In this document: positions 43,767-51,300 of the stretch, piece after piece
How positions within the stretch are numbered: the first letter of the stretch is position 1
Layout: every line of letters begins with the position of its first letter
Origin: an uncultured Bacteroidales bacterium
GTDB taxonomy: Bacteria; Bacteroidota; Bacteroidia; Bacteroidales; Bacteroidaceae
DNA length: 64,000 nucleotides
Reading direction: 5' to 3'
NCBI GenBank assembly: GCA_902774005.1
Contig: CACYGK010000013.1
Location: forward strand, 8,696 to 72,695
Program-made: the position numbers and the translations under genes
Notes under the pieces: generated by a model
Database searches by the model: none
The model's input: the letters and a program-made list of their open reading frames with translations, nothing else
Told to the model about the DNA's origin: nothing

Positions 43767-43774
43767 CAAAGGTA
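43767..43774 (-). promoter_or_regulatory. -7 box (TACCTTTG) for the porin-imelysin operon
   Basis: Plus strand reads CAAAGGTA, 23 nt upstream of the ATG at 43744. Confidence 0.6.
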
Positions 43775-43886
43775 CGCTTCTTTGGCTACACGCGTCAATA
43801 CTCAAAAATCAGTATTTTAACACATGTAGCTTTTCCATAACCAAAGAAATGCATGTCATTATGGGGGTGCGCCTGCCGCTCTGAAA

Positions 43887-43946
43887 TTCTAAGCGCTTAG
43901 AAATAAAATTCCAAGCGCTTGGAATTAAAATTCTAAGCGCTTGGAA
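43887..43946. promoter_or_regulatory. Three 16-bp palindromes TTCYAAGCGCTTRGAA with exact 22-bp centre-to-centre spacing
   Basis: TTCTAAGCGCTTAGAA at 43887-43902. TTCCAAGCGCTTGGAA at 43909-43924, which extends to a 20-bp perfect palindrome at 43907-43926. TTCTAAGCGCTTGGAA at 43931-43946. Confidence 0.85.
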
Positions 43947-43970
43947 TTTTGGCATGCCTTCGTCAATGAT

Positions 43971-44600
43971 TTACTCCCCCTTGAACGTGTAGGTGAGATT
44001 GCCGTCGAAGGTCGGTATGGTTACGGCGATAGAATCGTAACCGGTAGCGTAATCGGTATGGAGGAGGAGGGAGGCGTAACGTTTGCGGGTGTAGGATGGA
44101 AGGTCGTCGGAAGGCTGCTTGTGAAGCAGGGATACCTGAAGGGTTTTACCTGTCATGCCTGTTATGCAAAAGCCGTAGCGATGGCTATTTTTGCCTGTAG
44201 TCTTCTCGCCTAGTGTCATATTGATATAACGACTGGAGCGCCAGATGCTGACGAGTTGGACGGGATCGTGAGGCTGGGACGGGAAAGAGCTGGACTTAAG
44301 AGCCTGTCCGAAGAGGGCAAGGGTATAGTCATACATGCGAGGCTTGCCGTTAGCAGGAGTGTATGTAATGACGCTGCGGAGGGTGGTATCAGCCACGTTA
44401 GACTTGATACCCTGAGCGGTAAAGTCGAGTTTTGTACCATCATCAAGCGTGGCAACAGATACTACACGACTGGCGTTGACGTAAAGGTCGCACAACTCCG
44501 TGTACATATTGGGTACAGGGTCGCCCTTATCGTCATCGTCGGAACAAGCAACGAAGAAGATGCATAAGATGAATAAAAGAAGAAGATTTTTATTATTCAT
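43971..44600 (-). CDS. Small lipoprotein of unknown function (possibly NigD-like)
   Basis: MNNKNLLLLFILCIFFVACSDDDD lipobox; beta-rich. The NigD-like guess is from memory only. Confidence 0.5.
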   Translation of the reverse strand: MNNKNLLLLFILCIFFVACSDDDDKGDPVPNMYTELCDLYVNASRVVSVATLDDGTKLDFTAQGIKSNVADTTLRSVITYTPANGKPRMYDYTLALFGQALKSSSFPSQPHDPVQLVSIWRSSRYINMTLGEKTTGKNSHRYGFCITGMTGKTLQVSLLHKQPSDDLPSYTRKRYASLLLHTDYATGYDSIAVTIPTFDGNLTYTFKGE

Positions 44601-45753
44601 TAGCTGCATTATAGTTGCGTAACGGGTTAGCATACATGGTCAGGATGCGTTCGCGAAGGAAGGGCACATCGGGGTTCTCGACACGAATCTGCGAGATTTT
44701 ATCCTGCAGGTAGGCTTCGAACTCGGGAGCTGAGATGGGTGAACCTTCGAGTTCGGCAAGGGCTGCACGGTTGGACTCGTAGATGCGATAGCGGGAATGA
44801 ATCTCGTGGTCGATATGTTCGGCAACGATGCGATAGATGTCGGCACGGTCGATAGCAGAGGCATCGAGTGAGTCGAGCCAGTCGTTGATGCACGGGGCAG
44901 CCTCGTAGTGAACATGTCCTTTCTTTCCCCATATACCTATCTTCATGTTGTCGAGGTCGTCCTGCTTGCTCTTCTTCCATCCGGGGATGTCACGCTTCTG
45001 CTGGAACTCCTGTGCCTTGAGGTAGTCGCAGGGGTCGTACTCGATGGATATGGTAAGCGGAACGATATTCATGTCCTTGAGATTGCGGATGATGTCGGCT
45101 GTACTCCTGCCTTCAGCTGGTCCACCGAGACAGAGCATCTTGAGTACGCTCTCCTGGGTGCGGTCGTCGGAGTCCTTGGCACGTCCTTCACGCTGAGCTA
45201 TCCAGATATTCTCGTGCTTCTCGTTGATGGCGAAGTGCATGTACTGACTCATGTGGATACTGCTGCGGAGAGTCTCTTTGGGAGTGAGTCCGCGATTGAC
45301 CACAAAGGCTTTGTTCATACGAACGAGAGTCTTTATCCAGGGATAGATGAGGAGATTGTTGCCGATGGCTATCTCTACAGTCTTGGCAAAGCCGTCGAGC
45401 ACGAGCATGTAGTCGAGGATGGCAGAGTCGAGTACTATGTCACGATGGTTCGACATGAAGGTGTAGGAACCGTCGCGACGCAGACTCTTGTCGAAGTTAT
45501 AGCTCCACCCTGTGGCACACTTATGAAGGCAGTAGTGGACGAGGTGCTTCATGTACCGAATCTGGAAGTCCTGTGGAGTCTTGATGCCCATGAAAAGCAG
45601 GCGCAGAAGAGAGTTGCGCAGTCCGACAGGCATCCACGGAACCATACCTTTGAGGATATGGCTGAACTTACGGTCGGCAAGCATGGAATCAAATGCCTGC
45701 TTCATTTCGCCTTCGGCAAAAGGACGAATATCGTCGAAATCGCTTAATTGCAT
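44593..45753 (-). CDS. PlsC-family (lysophospholipid/glycerol-phosphate-type) acyltransferase
   Basis: FMSNHRDIVLDSA (HxxxxD motif) and EGRAKD-type block. Confidence 0.7.
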   Translation of the reverse strand: MQLSDFDDIRPFAEGEMKQAFDSMLADRKFSHILKGMVPWMPVGLRNSLLRLLFMGIKTPQDFQIRYMKHLVHYCLHKCATGWSYNFDKSLRRDGSYTFMSNHRDIVLDSAILDYMLVLDGFAKTVEIAIGNNLLIYPWIKTLVRMNKAFVVNRGLTPKETLRSSIHMSQYMHFAINEKHENIWIAQREGRAKDSDDRTQESVLKMLCLGGPAEGRSTADIIRNLKDMNIVPLTISIEYDPCDYLKAQEFQQKRDIPGWKKSKQDDLDNMKIGIWGKKGHVHYEAAPCINDWLDSLDASAIDRADIYRIVAEHIDHEIHSRYRIYESNRAALAELEGSPISAPEFEAYLQDKISQIRVENPDVPFLRERILTMYANPLRNYNAANE

Positions 45754-46739
45754 AGTTTGTCTTCGATTATCTCAGAGAGTACGTCGCGCATTTCGAGTCC
45801 GGCAGCACGTACCTGCTGAGGAATGAAACTGGTTGGGGTCATACCCGGGGTGGTATTGATTTCGAGCAGGTTGATGACGTCGTCACCCTTTTCGTTCTTG
45901 GATATGATGTAATCGACACGGATGATGCCGCTGGCTCCGAGTATGTCGTAGATAGCTGCTGTGAGTTTCTTGATACGAGCAGTAGTGTCATCAGAGAGAC
46001 GTGCCGGAGTTATCTCCTCAACCATACCGTTGTATTTGGCATCGTAGTCGAAGAACTCAGTCTTAGGAACAACCTCGGTAATAGGCAATACGTTCATACC
46101 CTTGCTGGTGCGATATACTCCATTGCTGATTTCCATACCTGTGAGCATGCTCTCGATAAGTACGTCGGCACTCTCCTCACGGGCTTTGGCTACAGCCTCG
46201 GCTACGTCAGCCTCAGACTTGCACTTAGTCACACCGAAACTACTGCCTCCGGCATTAGGTTTGATAAAACAGGGGAGTCCCACTTTCTCAATGATAGCTG
46301 CAGGGTCAACCTCCATACCCGGACGCAGGAGGATGTTCTCAGCTACACGGACTCCGAAACCCTTGAGGTACTGGTTGAGGGTGAACTTATCGAAGGTGAG
46401 TGCCTCGACGAGCAACGAACAAGTGGAATATGGTACGCGGAGCAGGTCGAAGTAACCCTGAAGGATACCGTTCTCACCCGGGGTACCGTGAATGGTGATG
46501 TATGCGTAGTCGGGGTGTATGTCCCTACCCCATTCGTCCTTGAACGAGAAGTTGTGAAGAAAGACCTTCGAGGTCGTTCCGTTCGGGAGGTGCGCCTGCC
46601 AGTCGGTACCACGGGTTTCAATCACATATACATCAAACTTGTCGCGGTCTAGCCACGAACTGATACCTGCTGCCGAACGCATCGACACATCGTGTTCGGA
46701 GGAGTCACCTCCTGCAATTACTGCAATGATTTTCTTCAT
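45744..46739 (-). CDS. ddl: D-alanine--D-alanine ligase
   Basis: MKKIIAVIAGGDSSEHDVSMRSA...GTPGENGILQG...EINTTPGMT. Confidence 0.95.
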   Translation of the reverse strand: MKKIIAVIAGGDSSEHDVSMRSAAGISSWLDRDKFDVYVIETRGTDWQAHLPNGTTSKVFLHNFSFKDEWGRDIHPDYAYITIHGTPGENGILQGYFDLLRVPYSTCSLLVEALTFDKFTLNQYLKGFGVRVAENILLRPGMEVDPAAIIEKVGLPCFIKPNAGGSSFGVTKCKSEADVAEAVAKAREESADVLIESMLTGMEISNGVYRTSKGMNVLPITEVVPKTEFFDYDAKYNGMVEEITPARLSDDTTARIKKLTAAIYDILGASGIIRVDYIISKNEKGDDVINLLEINTTPGMTPTSFIPQQVRAAGLEMRDVLSEIIEDKLCN

Positions 46740-47758
46740 GATTCTGTAGCGTAATTACGCCATTTATTTAGTAATTCTGTAATGTCTTGTGGCAGTTCGG
46801 AATCGAACATCATCTGTTTGCCTGTACGCGGATGCTGGAATCCGAGGGTCTTGGCATGGAGCACCTGACGCGGACAGAGTTTGAAACAGTTGTCGATGAA
46901 CTGACTGTACTTGGCTGTGCGCTGTCCTTTAAGTACCTGATCGCCACCATATCGGGCATCGGCAAAGAGAGGGTGTCCTATGTGACACATGTGGGCACGT
47001 ATCTGATGGGTGCGCCCCGTCTCAAGTACACATTTGACGAAGGTAGTATAACCGAAACGCTCTAATATATAATAATGTGTGACGGCATGCTTGCCTGTGT
47101 CGCTATCGGGAGGATAGACTGCCATGCGGAGACGGTCACGGATGTCACGTCCGATATTCCCTACAACGGTTCCACTGTCTTCCTGAAAGTTTCCCCACAC
47201 AAGGGCGTTGTATTCGCGCTGGGTAGTCTTGTTGAAGAACTGCAGACCGAGATGGGTCTTGGCATCGGCTGTCTTGGCTACGACGAGCAGTCCGCTGGTG
47301 TCATTGAGAAGAGTACCGCGCCAGTTGCCGAATCCGGGATGGACCACCAGTCCGGCAGGTTTATTGATGACCAGAAGGTCGTCGTCCTCATAAACGATAT
47401 CGAGAGGTATCTCCTCAGGGAGTATCTTGTTGTCGTAGTGGGGACGGTCGAGCATGACCTGAACGACATCTGCGGGCTTGACACGATAGGAACGCTTTAC
47501 GGGTTTTCCGTTGACATGGATGAATCCTGCGTCGGCAGCTTTCTGCACACGGTTACGACTGGTATTTGCCATAACCATGAACAGGTATTTATCTACCCGG
47601 AGCAGGGGCTGTCCCTTATCGCACACAAACCGGTGATGCTCATAGAGCTCGGACTGTTCGTCGAGTTCGGCATCATCGATGAATTCACCTTCCGGCGCTC
47701 CCGTCTGTCCGATGAATTCGTCCTCAGCTGTTATGTCGTCAAATGTCGAGGGTCGCAT
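46736..47758 (-). CDS. rluD: RluD-family pseudouridine synthase homologue lacking the HRLD catalytic motif
   Basis: S4 domain (LLRVDKYL), INKPAGLVVHPG and GRTHQIRAH are present. The sequence reads GTLLN|DTSGLLVVAK, with no HR(L/I)DK segment. Confidence 0.8.
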   Translation of the reverse strand: MRPSTFDDITAEDEFIGQTGAPEGEFIDDAELDEQSELYEHHRFVCDKGQPLLRVDKYLFMVMANTSRNRVQKAADAGFIHVNGKPVKRSYRVKPADVVQVMLDRPHYDNKILPEEIPLDIVYEDDDLLVINKPAGLVVHPGFGNWRGTLLNDTSGLLVVAKTADAKTHLGLQFFNKTTQREYNALVWGNFQEDSGTVVGNIGRDIRDRLRMAVYPPDSDTGKHAVTHYYILERFGYTTFVKCVLETGRTHQIRAHMCHIGHPLFADARYGGDQVLKGQRTAKYSQFIDNCFKLCPRQVLHAKTLGFQHPRTGKQMMFDSELPQDITELLNKWRNYATES

Positions 47759-48368
47759 CTACTTCTGTTTCTACGTCGAAAAGCTCTTCTTCTGAAGTAG
47801 AATCCACTTCACCGGCACCGACGAGGATGGTTAGTGCACGTTCGCGTGACACCATCTCACCGGCATTGAGGTTGCGCAATCCCTGACGCACACCAATCAC
47901 GAAGTCGCGGGGCTGATTGTCGATACGGTCAGGCGGGGTCAGACTGAATCCCAGTACACGTAGCTGTGCCTCGGCTTCACGCAGCGAACTGTTGCCCACA
48001 ATGTCAGGAAACTTAACCATAGGCTCACCCATCATGTTGACGGTGAGGTATATGATTCGTCCACTCTTCACGAAACTGCCTGCACGAGGTGTCTGCTCGA
48101 TGACAGCTCCACCCGGTATCTTAGGGTTGTACATGGAGTCGGCAACGGCATAGCGCAACCTTGCATTTTCGAGCGTACGCTCTGCCATCTCCATCGAACT
48201 GCCCACAACACGAGGTACTTCAATCTTCTCGCCGTTATGGGTAAACTCGCCAAGCAGACTGAATACGGCAAATATGGCACCTACGAGTACGACGAACATC
48301 ATGACGATGTTGCCCCAGAACCACAGTCCCGATTTGCCACAGAAATAAGCTTTGATACTCATCTTCAA
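47739..48368 (-). CDS. PASTA-domain membrane-anchored protein
   Basis: N-terminal TM helix followed by two PASTA-like repeats. The PASTA-rluD-ddl order is conserved in Bacteroidales (from memory). Confidence 0.65.
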   Translation of the reverse strand: MKMSIKAYFCGKSGLWFWGNIVMMFVVLVGAIFAVFSLLGEFTHNGEKIEVPRVVGSSMEMAERTLENARLRYAVADSMYNPKIPGGAVIEQTPRAGSFVKSGRIIYLTVNMMGEPMVKFPDIVGNSSLREAEAQLRVLGFSLTPPDRIDNQPRDFVIGVRQGLRNLNAGEMVSRERALTILVGAGEVDSTSEEELFDVETEVDATLDI

Positions 48369-48380
48369 ATATATGACTTT

Positions 48381-51300
48381 TTATTTCACTCTGAATTTCT
48401 TGCCGGCACGGATATAGATGCCAGACGGAAGTCCATTGATAGAGTTAGGTGTTGACGTACGGAGTACGAAACGTCCCTGCAGGTCATAGATGTTGCATGG
48501 GTCTGGATCAACAGTCGTAAGTCTGAATCCTACCGTAGCGTCGTCTGTAACACTTATCACACCAGTCTTCTCCTGGAGTCCGCTGATGTCCCAATAAAGT
48601 CCGTCAGGAAGTTCAGGCAACTCATACTTGGCAATTGTGCCTTGCAGAGTATTGCTTACAGTCCACAATGTCCACTGCTGACCAGCCTCAGGTGTCAATG
48701 AACTTCCCAATTCTATCTTCAGTGTACCGTTAAATGTCAGGTTCTTTGTTTCGAATGCCGAGTTCTGAGAGGCAGTTCTGATTAAGAACGTAGCGGTAGC
48801 ACCTTCATTTATATTAATGGTGTTGGCACACTTGATTGTACCCTGTGTAGTTTCAAGTACCGTAGAACCACAAGGTTTGATTTCACCACCGTTCTGGATG
48901 GTAAGACCATTGAAGTAACCCTGACCCACGAGGCGTCCGCTATTCTTAACATATGTCTGGTACTTACCGTTGACAAGTGTGCTGAGGTTCTTATCGTTAA
49001 AAGCTACTATACCGTCGTTGACAGTCAGCATACCGTTCAACTTACCAGGAGTAATAGTCATCTTTCCTGTACCATTCTTAGTGAGTGGAGAAGCACTTAT
49101 AGCGATAGTGTTACCATAGTCGTCCTTGCGTTCGTAAGTGATACCCACCTCGGTTGTAAGGGTGAAGTTCTCGTCGCAGTTCACAATCCACTGTCCCGTA
49201 CCTACGAGGGCACCTGTACCACCGAATTTCTTCACGTTGATATTATTGCCCTGATTCTGAAGACGGGCATTCTCATTTACGTTGACTGTAGCCAGAGGCA
49301 TACCCTTAGAGTTGCCGAGCAGGAATTCAGGATCGTACTGCTTCTTGTTCTGACGGTTGTTCTTTCCGATAACAATTGTACCCTCGAACGCACTCCAGTC
49401 GCCATTGAAGTATGCACGAACACCACCTGTATATACATTGAATGTACCCGCACCCGTAAGCTTACCCGTGTAAGTGCCACGGAACGAAGAATAGAACGAA
49501 CCTGACCTGTTGGCAGGAACTATGAAGTTAGTAGTGTTTGAAACACCTGAACCGCTCTCCATATTAGCACCCCAAAGCGTACCGTTATAGAACTCGACTG
49601 TTCCAGGCAGAGTCTCCGCATTTGAAGAAGAATAGTTGGATGTAACGACACCGTTCTTTATTACCAGCTTGGCAAATGTATTTGCAGCGGTTCCAAGTTC
49701 CATAGAACCGGCACCAAGTTTGCTCAGTACAGCTCCGCTTCCCTTGATTGCCTTGTTGAAGATAACGCTCTTCCCACTTGGAACTTCCAGACTCACCTCA
49801 CCACTAATCTTCATCGACTGGTCGGTGATGATAACGCCGTTGGTAACAAGTGTTGCACCATCGTTGAGAGTGATTGCAGAAGAAGACTTACCTAACGAGC
49901 CCCAGTCCTGACCCTTGGTGTTGGCAAGCATCGAGACTGTCACCTTACCTGCGTTGATTACAGTTGAAGACACACGGTTCCAGTTGTTTAAAGTAACACC
50001 ACCTGCACCGTTTATAGTGAGTGTCTTGCCAACGATACTGTCGCCCGAAAGGGTATAACTCTTAGTTTCGTTGTTGAAGGTAACTGAATTCGGATGTACG
50101 GCACCTTTGATTACTACAGTCGTAGAGGCTGCATCATCGTCGAATATTACATCATCGCCATTTGCCATTACACTCGTTTCTCCCTCATAGAGGAAGTTCT
50201 CACTTACAGCCTGTTGCCAGGTATTATTGCCGGATGTACCGTTCCATGTTACTTCGCCTGCAGGACGCATATTCTCAACAACGAGCAGCAGCTTGCCTTC
50301 CTCATAGTTCAGAGAAGTCTTGACAGCACTGCTCGTACCCTCAATCAGAAGGTCGGATACGTTGCCAGTAACAGAACCGATAGTACCTAACTCATATGTA
50401 CCAGCCTCCAAAGCTCCGTCATATTTAATTTGAATGACAGGAGCCTTATAACGTGGACCGAACTCGTTCCAAACTTTCTCTGTCTTGGTCTCAATGCTGA
50501 GGGATGTAGCATTAACCTTATCAAACTGACCTTCGCTACCGTCGAAGACGATACGCGAACCGAAGCCAAGAGTGAGTGCAGAAGCTGTGATGTTGCCCAC
50601 ATTATCCTTGCCACCCGGATAGATTGTAGCATTATAGTCTGCCTTCAGACCACCATTGAAAGTTCCGCCGTCGGAGATAAGTGTGGTGTGACGGTTCAAC
50701 CAAACCGGACTGGACTCCATCGTACCGTCAAAGACCAGTGTACCCTGCCATACGTTGGTCTCACCTGTATGCTTTTCAGTCACTTTAGGCAGTACGAGTA
50801 CACCCTCACCCTGCTTGATGATGCGGGTCGAACCACTGAATGCACCACCTGTCAGAGTTGTTGTGAAGGTTTCAATAGTCTGTGTCGGCAGTTTCGGAGT
50901 GCTGGATGTAGCCTGCTTCGAACCACTACCCTTCAACCATGCCGGAGCATTGACAGTAAGGATATAAGGCTCAGCTCCGTCAGTAACACTGACTGTCTTG
51001 TTCTCATAACCGGAAATCAGCAGGTGAGCATCGGTAGTACCAATAGTACCACCGTTCTCCACCTCTGTACGTCCTTCCAGAGTATTTGCAGGTGGTTCCT
51101 TTGTGATACCTTCCATTTCTCCAAGGAAGAAACTGGTATGAGGAGGCTGGTTGTAACCCATACACTGCCAAGCCATAGCATTACGGTATTCATGGTCAGC
51201 CCAAAGTGTAGTGATACCATGAGGTGAAGGATAGCTCGAAATCTGTATAATCAGTTTGTCACCGTTGCGAGTGACGATTTCTTCACGCCAGTCACCGAGG

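Noticed and set aside
43797-43816. Fur box or iron operator in the imelysin-operon promoter (AATACT n8 AGTATT inverted repeat over the -33 region)
   Set aside because: It is only a 6-bp AT-rich inverted repeat. It does not match the 19-bp Fur consensus I know, so it is too weak to call.
43887-43946. Mini-CRISPR array
   Set aside because: There are only three 16-bp palindromes with 6-nt gaps. There are no spacer-length unique sequences and no cas genes.
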